From the NCBI GenBank assembly GCA_963804955.1, contig CAWDSQ010000007.1, positions 448,001 through 512,000 of the forward strand: a stretch of 64,000 nt of DNA, given 5' to 3'. The DNA comes from an uncultured delta proteobacterium. Its GTDB lineage: Bacteria > Desulfobacterota > WTBG01 > CAIYCZ01 > CAIRTM01. Positions 32,662 through 42,962 of the stretch are shown piece after piece. The position numbers and the translations under genes were made by a program. Under the pieces are notes generated by a model. The model searched no databases. It worked only from the letters and a program-made list of their open reading frames with translations, and was not told the origin of the DNA. The first letter of the stretch is position 1, and every line of letters begins with the position of its first letter.

Positions 32662-33456
32662 CTATTTTTTCTTTTTCGAAGCCCCGCCTGCTGCCGACGG
32701 AATAACAGCCTCTGGATTTTTCTCAAACTCTTCGATTTCCTTGAGAACATCAGGCGGTATCTGATCGCGAATCTCCGGCGGCACCACCTGATTGAATATC
32801 CGCAGCACCTCGGCCGGATCCGGCTCCTCGCCCGACTCCTGGGCTTTCATCATCTCATCCATGACCCTCATGAAATCTTCCTGCGCCTTGTCAGAAAAAA
32901 GGTCCTTGGGATCGGGAGCGGGAGGGGGTTTTCTTCTCAGCCCGTTTATCCGGCGCATCCTGCTTTTCCGGCGCTTTGACGGAAGCGGGAACTGAAGCTG
33001 GTGTCGATGCAGGAGCAGATGCAGGGCCGGAAGGCGCCGGGCGCCCGGCACCCGAGGTCAGCTGGCGCTCGCCGCCTTTCTTGCCCATGAGATCAAGCTC
33101 GACAATGCGCGGGCTGGTGCTGTTGTCGAAATGCAAAACAAAGTTGGGCATATTGGCTATGCGCAGCACCCGCTGAATGCCCATGCGCACGGGCATCTGC
33201 TGAAACTTGACGCCGATGGGCTTATCATCGAAAGCCTCGCCGAACACCACAATCTTGATGCCGCACTTATCGCCAATATCGCGAATCAGGTCCTCGGGTT
33301 TCACATTCGGCGGCGTCAATCTTGAGCATGCCATCGAGGCATGAAACCATCTCGCTGCCGCCGGCCTCTTCAACCTCTGCAGTTGCCGTTTCCGCACCAC
33401 CGGCACATAAGGACAGCACCAAGCACAAGCATTGCTAAAAAATCATTTTTTTTCAT
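32662..33456 (-). CDS. Exported protein with STN-like domain and Pro/Ala-rich linker (frameshifted)
   Basis: Hydrophobic leader MKKNDFLAMLVLGAVL; LIRDIGDKCGIKIVV..IGVKF..PVRMGIQRVL; PAS repeats; helical C-terminus. Confidence 0.5.
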
Positions 33457-33612
33457 AAAACACTATTCGATAGACAGGTTTCAAACTCTGCATACTGAAG
33501 CAAAGGAACTCAGCTACACGGTGCGCAAGGCACTACGGCATACTGCTTTTTACGCCGCAGCCACAGAGTCTGCGTGACGCAACTCAGCAGATGGGCTTTT
33601 ACAGGCTCATGT

Positions 33613-34515
33613 TCAGCCCTTCCTGCTGCCGTCCTTATTGTATTCGAAAAAGCCGCGGCCTGTCTTGCGCCCGAGATGCCCCACTTCAACAAGGCTCATC
33701 AGCAGGGGACAGGGCCGGTACTTGGGATCCTGAAACCCGTTATACAGCGACTGCTGCATGGCAAGCACCACATCAAGGCCGATGAAATCGGCAAGTTCAA
33801 GCGGCCCCATGGGATGGTTCATGCCGAGCTTCATGGCAGTATCAATCTCTTCCCGGGTCGAAACTCCCTGGTGCAGGCAGAAAATGGCCTCATTGATAAA
33901 GGTTTGAATGAGTCTGCTCGTGATAAAGCAGGGGCTGTCGGTCACGGTGATGGGAGTCTTGCCCATCTTGAGAGCCAGGTCCCTCACCGTCTGATAGCTC
34001 TCTTCAGAGGTGGCCGGCGTGCGAATGATCTCAACGAGCTTCATCATCTGCGCAGGGTACATAAAGTGCATGCCGAGCACCTTCTCCGGCCGCCTGGTTG
34101 CGGTTGCCAGCCTGCCCAGACGCACAGAGCTCGTGTTGGTGGTCAGAATAACATGCGGCGCACAGATCTTGTCAATGTTTGAAAAAATATCCATTTTCAC
34201 GGGCTCGTTTTCGACCGCAGCCTCGACCACATAATCAACCTCTTCAAGGCTCTGAAGCTCCTTTTTAAAATGCATGCGCGACAGGGCGGCATCGCAGTCC
34301 TTCTTCTTGATTTTGCCAAGCTCAACGGCCCGGGTCAGGCTTTTTTCTATGGATGCCTTCGCCTTTTTAATGACCTCGTCATACGGCTCAACAACGATGG
34401 CTGTATAGCCCGCCTGAGCTGCCACCTGGGCAATACCCTTGCCCATTTGCCCGGCGCCGATCACGCCGATAGTCTTGATATGAGAAATGCTTGAGGCCTT
34501 TTTTTCCGGTGCCAT
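33613..34515 (-). CDS. hbd: 3-hydroxybutyryl-CoA (3-hydroxyacyl-CoA) dehydrogenase
   Basis: GVIGAGQMG, VEAAVE, TNTSS, GMHF, NHPMGPLELADFIGLD, GRKTGRGF. Confidence 0.93.
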   Translation of the reverse strand: MAPEKKASSISHIKTIGVIGAGQMGKGIAQVAAQAGYTAIVVEPYDEVIKKAKASIEKSLTRAVELGKIKKKDCDAALSRMHFKKELQSLEEVDYVVEAAVENEPVKMDIFSNIDKICAPHVILTTNTSSVRLGRLATATRRPEKVLGMHFMYPAQMMKLVEIIRTPATSEESYQTVRDLALKMGKTPITVTDSPCFITSRLIQTFINEAIFCLHQGVSTREEIDTAMKLGMNHPMGPLELADFIGLDVVLAMQQSLYNGFQDPKYRPCPLLMSLVEVGHLGRKTGRGFFEYNKDGSRKG

Positions 34516-34617
34516 GCTGCATCTAACCTTTCACTTTATTAATATACCTGGCATTGTGTGGGCTTTCAACAATGCTGGGTAGAGTATATAATAGCATGGT
34601 CATCGTCAAGTAAAAAT

Positions 34618-35208
34618 TTAAGCTTTTTGAAGAGGTTGGACGCCGGAAGCGCCTTGTGCATAAAAGTCGAACACTGTGCGTCCATAGTCCCGCGTGCGCA
34701 TAAGGGCAAGCCCATCGGGCGGCGCCACCTGAGGTTCCCTTTCCTCTCGCTGCACAATGATGACCCCATCGGGTTTCAATAACGGATGCCGGGCAAGAGA
34801 GGCGACGGCCTTCTGCTGAAGCCCGAGGCCATAGGGCGGCGCAACGATGACGATGTCGAAAGCTTCTTTTTTCCGGGACAGACCCTCAAGGGAGGCAATT
34901 CCGTCGCCCTGCACGACCTCCACTGCTTGCGCAACCCCCAGCGACCGGGCATTGAGCCTGATGAGCTCGGCTGTTTTCGGGGTAAGCTCAACCACCACCG
35001 CTGCTGCCGCGCCGTTTGACAAAAGCTCGAAGGCGATAGCGCCTGACCCGCCGAAAAGGTCCAGAAGCCGCGCTTGCGCAAGCCGCGGCCGGAGAATATC
35101 CGCCAGGCTCTTGCGCAGCCGCGTGAGCAGGGGCCGCGTTTGACTGCCCTCGGGCGTTTGTATGCGCCTGCCCCGCAATGTACCGGAAGTAATGGTAATA
35201 GTGCCCAT
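34618..35208 (-). CDS. rsmD: 16S rRNA m2G966 methyltransferase family
   Basis: ITSG.LRGRRI, TRP, LDLFGGSGA..ELLS.GA, APPY, RDYG. Confidence 0.85.
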   Translation of the reverse strand: MGTITITSGTLRGRRIQTPEGSQTRPLLTRLRKSLADILRPRLAQARLLDLFGGSGAIAFELLSNGAAAAVVVELTPKTAELIRLNARSLGVAQAVEVVQGDGIASLEGLSRKKEAFDIVIVAPPYGLGLQQKAVASLARHPLLKPDGVIIVQREEREPQVAPPDGLALMRTRDYGRTVFDFYAQGASGVQPLQKA

Positions 35209-35211
35209 GCA

Positions 35212-35886
35212 TTATGCCTCCTGCCGGCTGCCGAGCAGGCGCCGGGCGGCAAGGGTGCTGCCCAGAACAAGGGCTGCAAGCAGCGCAAACGGCAGGATAA
35301 ACTCAGTGGTGAGCACATCGGAGAATGAGCGCACCTTGACAATTGTGCTTGCGCAGTAGCAGATGACGGCAACACCGGGTATGAGACCCAGAGCCGAAGC
35401 GGCGATATATTCCAGGAAATGTACGCGCGTGAGCGCTATGAGCCAGTTCATCGGAGGAGCCATAAAAAGAATCAGCCGCAGCATGAGCACGGTCTGAAAA
35501 CCCTGCTCGGCAAAACGGGCATCAAGAGCGTCCAGCCGTTTAAACTTCCCGTTGAGTGATGCCTGCACGGTATCGCGCATGAAATAACGCATGCAGAGAA
35601 AAGTTGCTGCCGAGCCTGTAAGCGCGCCGATCCAGCCGTAGAAAAATCCTTTGACGCCGCCGAAAATAACGCCCCCCAGGGCAATGACCAAAAACTCGGG
35701 TACATGCAGAAACACGCCTGCAATACACAGTCCGATGAACGCCACTGGACCAAATGGGCCAAGGGAATTGACAAAGCCGGTCATCCGGTCCAGGCTGAAA
35801 AGCCCCATCAGATCAAAGGCATTGTATACCCATATGGCTATGGCTATGAGCAGTATGCCGGCGAAAGGTTTGATTATTTTATGCAT
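35212..35886 (-). CDS. TVP38/TMEM64 (DedA/VTT) membrane protein
   Basis: Multiple TM helices; GGVIFG..G, LMLRL..PP, LGLIPG. Confidence 0.85.
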   Translation of the reverse strand: MHKIIKPFAGILLIAIAIWVYNAFDLMGLFSLDRMTGFVNSLGPFGPVAFIGLCIAGVFLHVPEFLVIALGGVIFGGVKGFFYGWIGALTGSAATFLCMRYFMRDTVQASLNGKFKRLDALDARFAEQGFQTVLMLRLILFMAPPMNWLIALTRVHFLEYIAASALGLIPGVAVICYCASTIVKVRSFSDVLTTEFILPFALLAALVLGSTLAARRLLGSRQEA

Positions 35887-35969
35887 TTTTCTGTTTTGTA
35901 AAGATACGGGATGTCTCTCTTCGTTGTTCTTTAAAACCCCGCGGACCAGAAAAGTCGCGTATTCTTCTC

Positions 35970-36102
35970 AGAGCGTGTACGAAAAGCCGAAGCCCCTTTG
36001 GTTTGTCATTCTGAGCGCAGCGAAGAATCTCGTAGTTTTAATGAATGCAGGGATCCTTCACTTCGCTCAGGATGACATTAAATGACTTTTCATACACGCT
36101 CT
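35970..36102. mobile_element. MITE-like element, copy 2, with TCA target duplication
   Basis: TCA-GAGCGTGTACGAAAAG..CTTTTCATACACGCTC-TCA; the right TCA is the stop codon of the 36102-37337 gene. Confidence 0.8.
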
Positions 36103-37337
36103 CAGATACTGCGACCGAAATGCAGGGCATTACGTCCGATGGCAAGGCATAAACCCTTGTGGACAAATTCGTTTACCGTCTGGCTAAAAGGGAAATAAAC
36201 GATTTCGTACCCGTGTACGGCAATTTTCGCCCGGGCAAGCTCGGGGTACACATCAGTGCGTTTTGCCGCAATCAGGGCAAGGCTGAGCTTGATGCTCTCG
36301 GCAGCCTCCCGCACGGGCAGTGTAACGGGATGCAGCACAAGCTGTGCAAGCCGGTCATGCGTCTCACCTCCGGGCTGCTGCGCCATCACCTGCCGGGCAA
36401 GGCGCAGAAAAACCTGCGGCTGAATCTTGAAAGCCGGAGCCCAGAAAGAGACAGGCTGTTCAGCCATGCCTGCCGTGGCCACCCTGGGCAGATTTGCAAA
36501 ACCGACAAGGTCTGCCTGAGATGTAAGCTTCATGCCTTCCAACGTGGCAGTCATGCGCCAGAACGGAAGATACCGCACGTTCTCGTCAGCGCATTTCATA
36601 ACAGCATACTGAAGCGCTGCGTATCCCCCGGCGGAAGGCTGCCAGGCGCGGCTGCACTTGGGGCACATGAGCACGCAGCTTTCCTTTTCCCCCGGCATGT
36701 CCCAGCCGCAATTGGGGCACAGCGTCGGCAGAAATGAAACACCCCAGTTGTCATGGCGCTCTTCGGAAAAACCTTCGGAGGCCAGTGCATCGGCAGCCGG
36801 AGCCACCGGAGTGTTGAGCACCCCATCATACAGCTTTTTGTCCTTCACAAAAAAAGGCGCGTAGATAAGGCTTACGGTCTCACCGATACATTCGCGAAAA
36901 AAAACCCGCTCCGTGCTGCGCATGTGCTGGTCGGCAAAGCTGGCGGCGAAATCCTTTGATGAAACCTTGAGGGGCAGGTACTGCCCCGTGTGTTCAGGAA
37001 GGACAAAGTGCAGCTTCATTGCCTGCGGCCGCAGCCCCAAAGTTTGGGGAAGACCGGCAATGCCTGCACCGCACAAGCTTGTATCAACAACGCGGCAATC
37101 GACATCATAGGCCCGGCAGGTGCAGGCCATGCCCCTGAAGCGCCAGTAGGGGGCATAAAAAAGATTCTCCGCCCGCGCGCCCTCTGCAACCGGCAATGCG
37201 TAGCGGAAGCGGTCGCGAGGCATGAGGAAATGCCGCACGCGGCAGAACTTGCAGGAAAGAATTCTGTCGGCCTCGTCAAATTCCACCTTTGCCCCGCACT
37301 GCGGGCAGGCCTGCTCAATGGTCCAGCCTGTAGTCAA
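36102..37337 (-). CDS. Multi-zinc-ribbon protein of unknown function
   Basis: CPQCG..CKFC and CPNCG..CPKC, each followed by a Y.P(Y/F)WR motif (internal duplication). Confidence 0.75.
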   Translation of the reverse strand: MTTGWTIEQACPQCGAKVEFDEADRILSCKFCRVRHFLMPRDRFRYALPVAEGARAENLFYAPYWRFRGMACTCRAYDVDCRVVDTSLCGAGIAGLPQTLGLRPQAMKLHFVLPEHTGQYLPLKVSSKDFAASFADQHMRSTERVFFRECIGETVSLIYAPFFVKDKKLYDGVLNTPVAPAADALASEGFSEERHDNWGVSFLPTLCPNCGWDMPGEKESCVLMCPKCSRAWQPSAGGYAALQYAVMKCADENVRYLPFWRMTATLEGMKLTSQADLVGFANLPRVATAGMAEQPVSFWAPAFKIQPQVFLRLARQVMAQQPGGETHDRLAQLVLHPVTLPVREAAESIKLSLALIAAKRTDVYPELARAKIAVHGYEIVYFPFSQTVNEFVHKGLCLAIGRNALHFGRSI

Positions 37338-38453
37338 AGTTTCTCACCGCACTTGTTGCAGAAAACTGAGTTCGAGAGATTCTCTGCTCTGCATTTTCCG
37401 CAAAAACGTGCTGACGGGCCTCTGCTCAACGGCCTTGCCGCACTTGGGGCAAAATTGCGCGTTGGGCGGCAGGTTCTTGCCGCAAGAGCTGCACTGCTGA
37501 AACACCAGCTGCTGATGGCCGCACAGAGGGCAGAACCTGCTGTCTGCCGGTATGGGATTTTTGCAGTCCGGGCATGGAGCTGTTTGTGCTGTCTGGCTCT
37601 GCCCCGTCTGCTGAAGCACACTGCCGAACATGGCAGGCATCATAAGCCCCATGCCCAAACCCATGCCCGAGCCTGCCTCGCCCTGATTGGCAGCGGCTGT
37701 TTCAATCGCCATGGCAGCCTTCATCTTAAGCAGCTTGTTGAGATCATCAAAAACGGCAAGGCGGCTCTTGTCGTCGATGGCTTTCTGCACCTCTGCAGGC
37801 GGCGTAACCGAATTGATATACAGCCCCTCCAGCCCGATGCCGAAGCGGCCGAAGTCATCCTGCAGCCTTTTTGTAAGGCCTTCGGCAATGGCGTCGTATT
37901 TGCCCGGGAGGTTTATTATCGAATCTAAATGCTCACCCAGATAGTCATTGAAACGCGAGACAACAACCTTGCTCAGATATTCCTCTATCTGCTGCGTTGT
38001 ATAGCAGCCCTGCGTACCCACAAGGCTGTTGATGAACAGCACGGGCTGCACCACATGAATATTAAACATGCCGAAAGCCCGCAGCCGTATAAGCCCGAGT
38101 TCCGAGTCCTTGAACGCAACCGGATCGCGCGTGCCCCAGGTCATGTCGGGAAACACCTTCATATTCACGAAATAGACCTCTGCCCGCAGGGGGCTGGTCA
38201 TACCCCAGGGCAGGCTCAGTATTTTTGTGAGCACGGGGATATTGCCGGTCTTGAGCGTGTGCCTTCCCGCCGGAAATGCGTCATAGGCCTTGCCATTGTA
38301 AAAGAACACGGCCGACTGGCTCTCGCGCACAATCAGCTGCGCACCGTATTTAATCTCACCCGATCCTTCTTCGGGTATGCGGTGAACGATCTCCTTGCCC
38401 GACTCGTCAAACCATTCGATGACTTCCAGGAATACCAGATTATTTGTTCCCAT
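37334..38453 (-). CDS. SPFH/Band-7-like (YdjI-type) protein with C-terminal zinc ribbons (late frameshift)
   Basis: QLIVRESQ.AVFF..G, GRHTL.T.NIP, AEVYFVN, WGT.DP; CPDC/CPLC/CSSC/CPKC. Confidence 0.85.
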
Positions 38454-38501
38454 ACATCACCTCCGTGCGTTATGTTATGTTGATGCACGAAAGTACTGCA
38501 G

Positions 38502-38733
38502 TTACATTTGTTGGGCACGTTTCACTTTGCCCAACGGCCTGCTACATCATGGCCATCCGAGCAGGCGGAGCCGAAGAAAGGATGATCGGCTGATGTGGAA
38601 TTTCCCCTGCAGGTCACGCTCGGTATAATGACGCCCTTTCTTTTCCTGGCACATAATGGTTACAGGCTCCTTGCGGTCAAGGGCCTTCAAAACCTCTGCA
38701 TTTATAGCGCAGATCTACAATCGTTACCTGCAT
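38502..38733 (-). pseudogene. Phd/YefM-type antitoxin remnant
   Basis: MQVTIVDLRYK..EVLKALDRKEPVTI..DHPFFG across frames; no toxin gene follows. Confidence 0.5.
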
Positions 38734-38809
38734 GATGGAACACCTGTAAAAATGTCTGCCTTAGTCTGTAGGCAGGACTAAGCAAAGCGTGCCCGGCAAA
38801 TCCCTGAAT

Positions 38810-39150
38810 CTAACGGCTCAGCTTGGCTCCCGCAAGACGATTGAGACTGACCACCGGTAAGGCCCGGCTTCCGCCGCTTTTATAGCTAGATCGCGGTGTA
38901 CTTCCGGCGGCACGCGGATCATAAATTTTCCACTGTAGCGTCTGCCGGCAATCGGCTCCGGTATCAATTCCTTATTGTCACGCATATCTTTCAAAACGCC
39001 TGCCACCACAGTGCGGATTCCCTTAAGCGCAGCTTCCGGAGAAGCCGCCAGCCAGCTCAGGCTTGGAAATTCGGCACAGAGCCCAACATATTCCCGGTCT
39101 TCCTCAGACCAGGTTACCCGATACATATAATGATCATTTTTTAATACCAT
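38810..39150 (-). CDS. hicB: HicB-family antitoxin with an 11-nt insertion near the 3' end
   Basis: YRVTWSEED.EYVGLCAEFPSLSWL, YSGKF.IRVPPEVHR.LA; expected ending VSLNRLAGAKLSR* is out of frame. Confidence 0.8.
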
Positions 39151-39212
39151 GCTCCACCTTCTGTGGTGCGTGGGAAAACCCAACACAGTTGTCCCATTGT
39201 TTCCCCCTGCGG

Positions 39213-39437
39213 CTAAGATACTTTTTCAAGCCGTTCCGCAACCCACACTTTAATAATGGATTGACGCGGCACACCAAGACGTTTTGCCTCTTTATCCAGC
39301 TGTTGTATCATCCACACGGGGAAATCAACATTGACCCTTTTCTGCTCTTGCTCCGGACGCCGTGCTTTCGACAAATGCAGATATTTGGAAATATCTTCGC
39401 CCTGATCAAATTTTTTATCGATTTCACGCGCCTTCAT
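39213..39437 (-). CDS. brnA: BrnA/CopG-type antitoxin
   Basis: MKA.EIDKKFDQGEDI..KRVNVDFP.WMI..LD.EA.RLGV.RQSIIK.W. Confidence 0.85.
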   Translation of the reverse strand: MKAREIDKKFDQGEDISKYLHLSKARRPEQEQKRVNVDFPVWMIQQLDKEAKRLGVPRQSIIKVWVAERLEKVS

Positions 39438-39687
39438 AAATTTCCATCTCCTCTTTTCTTGATCGCCGCACTGAAATGATTCTTGTTTTTTCACCTCTGT
39501 ACGTAATAATGCCTGACCAGTGTTTTTCGGCTATTTTACCGATTACTAAATACCGTGGTTCATCATGTGTCTTTAAAGGTATTTCAATAAAATCAGGATC
39601 ATCCCACAAGGACTGTGCTTCATAGAAATCAATCCCGTGTTTGTGCTTATTACCATCGCTTTTGGCAGTGTCGAACTCAAAAATCAT
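39424..39687 (-). CDS. brnT: BrnT toxin
   Basis: FEFD..KS..NK.KHGIDF.EA..LW, RIISVRRSR. Confidence 0.9.
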   Translation of the reverse strand: MIFEFDTAKSDGNKHKHGIDFYEAQSLWDDPDFIEIPLKTHDEPRYLVIGKIAEKHWSGIITYRGEKTRIISVRRSRKEEMEIYEGA

Positions 39688-39812
39688 TATATATTTATTA
39701 TACCTTTTATATACCTTCGGTCAATTGGATATTTTTAAAAAAGATATCGGGTTTTATTTTATTCAACCAGACCTACGGCTACGGCGGCGTCTGTTCTTTC
39801 TTTGTCTTTCCC

Positions 39813-39840
39813 GCAGGGGCGGTTCGCGAACCGCCCCTAC
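39813..39840. repeat. GTAG-type REP palindrome
   Basis: Exact reverse complement of 58700-58727 (GTAGGGGCGGTTCGCGAACCGCCCCTGC). Confidence 0.8.
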
Positions 39841-41196
39841 AGCCTTCTTAATATCGAGCGCGCAAATGTGCTGAGCGTATCGTCGCGGGCGCCCATGACG
39901 GCAATGACATCGCCTGGCCGGGCATTCTGCTTCAAAAAAGCAAGCGCATCCTTCCGCTCGGGCGCGTATTCGCACCGCGGCCCGCTCACGCGCTCAAGCA
40001 GATCACTCGAGGAGATACTGCGGTCTGCCGTGCCGCCGGCATCATAGATTTTAAGACACACAAGCACATCATCGGCGGTGAGCTGCGAGCCGAATGTATG
40101 CGCGAGCTCCGGCAGCAGAAACCGCGTCGGGCCATAGCCGTGGGGCTGAAATACAATAATCAGGCGGCTGCCCATGGGCCGCAGCGCGGCAATGGAGGCT
40201 GCTATTTTATCGGGATTATGCCCGAAGTCGTCAACCACCACGATGCCGCCACGCCGCCCCACAATATCAAGGCGCCGCTTGACACCCCTGAAAGCCGCAA
40301 GCCCTTTGCTGGCTGCACTGAAGGGGCACATCAAGGGCCCGGCCGACGGCTATGGCGGCAAGGGCGTTCTGCAGATTATGCAGGCCCGGCACGCGCAGCC
40401 GGAACCGTACTCTATCGACAAAAAAAACAGCCGCTCCCGGCTGCAGGTCTATCCGCTCAGGATGTATGTCGCAGTGCCGGGACAGGCCATAGGTGCTACG
40501 CCTGCCCCGGCAGCAGATGGCAGAGGCTTCAGGGCAGTCGCCGCACACGATAAGCGTTTCAGCAGTATTGTCTGCAAATGTCTGGAAAAGGCTGCGCAGC
40601 TCGGGCATATCTTTGTGGTCTTTGGTTATATTGGTGATGACGGCAATGGCGGGCCGGTACCGAACGATGCTGCCGTCGCTTTCATCGGCCTCGCAGACCA
40701 TATACGGCGACGTGCCGCTGCGGGCATTGCCAAGGTGCATGCGGGATATATACTGCTTCACGAACCCCCCATTGACAAATGAGGGATCAAGCCCCGCGGC
40801 CTCAAGCACGGAGGCTGTCATGGCGGTGACCGTGGTCTTGCCGCTCGTGCCCCCGACGGCTATGCCCCGGGCATCATTGAACAAACGCGCCAGCAGCTCG
40901 GAGCGGTGCACAACCGGTATGCCCAGTTCCCGCGCTTTCTTGATCTCTCCGCTTGAAGCCTCGATAGCCGATGAGACAACGAGCTCATCGATGTCGGATG
41001 TTACGGACTGCTCCTGCTGAGCCTGCAGCTCAATGCCCTGCAGCCTGAGCTTCCGTTGCAGAGGCAGGTTCAGACCACGGTCAAAGCTGCGGTCGGAGCC
41101 GCAGACGATGCTGCCGCGCTGCCGCAGAAGCTGCCCGAGGCTGCTCATGCCGCTGCCGCCGATACCGACAAAATAATATTTTTTTTCCGTATTCAT
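39837..41196 (-). CDS. murC: UDP-N-acetylmuramate-L-alanine ligase family protein (frameshift near 40320)
   Basis: GIGGSGMS, VVSSAI, GGTSGKTT, EADESDG, PGLHN..NALAA, DDFGHNP, VFQPH. Confidence 0.85.
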
Positions 41197-41235
41197 ATCC
41201 AGGAGATTTTCACATTTAATTGCAGTCAACCGCCC

Positions 41236-41312
41236 CTTCATCCCCTCCCGGCAAGGCAGGAGAGAATAATAGGCTCCCTCTCACTTTGTGTGAGAGGATT
41301 GGGTGAGGGTGC
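41236..41312. repeat. Degenerate CCCTCTC..GAGAGG..GGTGAGGG palindromic repeat
   Basis: CCCTCTCACTTTGTGTGAGAGGATTGGGTGAGGG preceded by an inverted CCCCTTCATCCCCTCCC..GGAGAG. Confidence 0.45.
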
Positions 41313-41440
41313 CTGCAAAATCGAAGGTGAAGTCCTCTGCCGGGCATTTACCTTGACTTCAGGCGCGGGTTTCCTGTATGTTTTGTGCATCATATAGTTT
41401 CTTTTTTTTGGCATCAGCCGGCATTGCAAGGGGAGCGTCT

Positions 41441-41764
41441 ATGAATATTAAAGAGCTTTCGGAAAATCTGGGCCTTGAAGAAGATGAATATATGGAAATG
41501 CTCGATCTTTTTCTGACATCGGGCGGGGCTGATCTTTCCCGCATCGAGCAGGCCCTGAAAGAAGCAAACGCCCGGCTGGTTCACGAGGCCGCACATTCGC
41601 TCAAGGGCTCGGCCGGCAGCCTGTGCATTGACAATATATTCGAACTTGCCCGCGCCATAGACGACAAGTCGCGGCAGGGCATTCTCACGGGGCTTGACGA
41701 GCTTGCACATGAGCTGCGCCGAGCCTATGACGAACTGGCTGCTATGGTGAGCCGGCCTGATTAA
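41441..41764 (+). CDS. Hpt (histidine phosphotransfer) domain protein
   Basis: AAHSLKGSAGSL motif; GGGGAG RBS. Confidence 0.9.
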   Translation: MNIKELSENLGLEEDEYMEMLDLFLTSGGADLSRIEQALKEANARLVHEAAHSLKGSAGSLCIDNIFELARAIDDKSRQGILTGLDELAHELRRAYDELAAMVSRPD

Positions 41765-42089
41765 ACAGACTTTCGCCGGCTGCCGCTGGTCCCGGATGAA
41801 ACAGCCCTTGCCGGCCGTCTTTCGGTTTCTTTTCAAGAAGCCTGCGTACGACCGGATCAAGCGATGAGGCTTCCACGTCGAAATGCTGCAGCGCATCGAT
41901 CATCACATCGATCTTTTCTGAAAGATGCAGGTGCTTGTCAATAATGAGGCGGTATTCGCCGCGCACTCGACAAAGCCCGCTTTTCATGTAATAGGCATAT
42001 TTTTTCAAATTTGCCGTGGTGATGCGGATATCGTGCTGGACGGCAATCTTTTCCAAATCTTCAAAAATCGATGATTCCTTCATACGCAT
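41742..42089 (-). CDS. Hypothetical protein
   Basis: 115-aa ORF colinear with upstream genes; SGLCRVRG..LIIDKHL. Confidence 0.65.
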   Translation of the reverse strand: MRMKESSIFEDLEKIAVQHDIRITTANLKKYAYYMKSGLCRVRGEYRLIIDKHLHLSEKIDVMIDALQHFDVEASSLDPVVRRLLEKKPKDGRQGLFHPGPAAAGESLFNQAGSP

Positions 42090-42099
42090 GCCTTGTGTG

Positions 42100-42852
42100 C
42101 TAAATGGTTGCCTCCTGCCAGATGCGCTGTAATAGTGCGCTGCCGGCGCGAAGATGATCGGGCTTCACCTCCAGGGTGATGGTGCCGTCAAACCCGCATG
42201 ACTTCAGACTCCCCAGTATCGCTGCGAAATCAATCGTGCCCTGGCCGATGGGCAAATGCAGATCATCGCGCGGGCTGTTGCCGCCGCGGTTGTCATGAGC
42301 ATGCACATGCCGAATGCGCTCAGGGTACCGGCTCGTGAATTCATGGGCCGTATTGCAGGGCGTCAGAAGCTGCCCGTGGCCGATATCAAGCGTCATGCCA
42401 AGTAACGCGATCGCTTCGAAAGCCGGGCCCAGGTCGGCAGACTGCTCGCTTAAATTTTCAACGCACAGCTGCACCTTGCGGCCATGGGCATAGTCTGTCA
42501 GTTCCCTGAGCAGAACAATTTTTTTTTCAATAACAGGAGCGGGTATGAACCGTTTATCGATCCAGAAATGCAGCGTAAATATCGGCGCGCCCAGCTCTGC
42601 CGCGCAATCGATCAAACGCCGTATCTGCGGCAGATATGAACGCCGCAGCTCATCGGGATCCAGGGCATCTCCTTCTTCCGGGCCATGGGCAAGGTAGGTG
42701 ATGCCATAGGTTGCTGCTACGGCCTGAAGCCGTTCGAGCTCGCCGCCGTAAAAAGCATGGGCATCAAGCAAACTTATTTCAGCAAACGGAAACCCGGCCC
42801 TGGCGATCTCTTCGGCATCGGCTGCAGTATGGGCTCTTCCCCCGATTTTCAC
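42100..42852 (-). CDS. Sugar phosphate isomerase/epimerase (xylose-isomerase-like TIM barrel)
   Basis: LCVENL, TLDIGH, HVHAHDN, DLHLPIGQG.IDF, ITLEV. Confidence 0.85.
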   Translation of the reverse strand: MKIGGRAHTAADAEEIARAGFPFAEISLLDAHAFYGGELERLQAVAATYGITYLAHGPEEGDALDPDELRRSYLPQIRRLIDCAAELGAPIFTLHFWIDKRFIPAPVIEKKIVLLRELTDYAHGRKVQLCVENLSEQSADLGPAFEAIALLGMTLDIGHGQLLTPCNTAHEFTSRYPERIRHVHAHDNRGGNSPRDDLHLPIGQGTIDFAAILGSLKSCGFDGTITLEVKPDHLRAGSALLQRIWQEATI

Positions 42853-42962
42853 GCCTGTTCATCCCGTCTGTATCCAACAGATTGTATGCCGGATAAATTA
42901 TGCATCAACATATCGGCCAGTGCAAGGGTTTTTTAAAAAACTCGCACAGAGCGCAGGCGCAC

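Noticed and set aside
38790..38830. Integron attC site (GTTAGAT after hicB)
   Set aside because: It coincides with the natural HicB ending; no matching RYYYAAC with a paired stem and no integrase.
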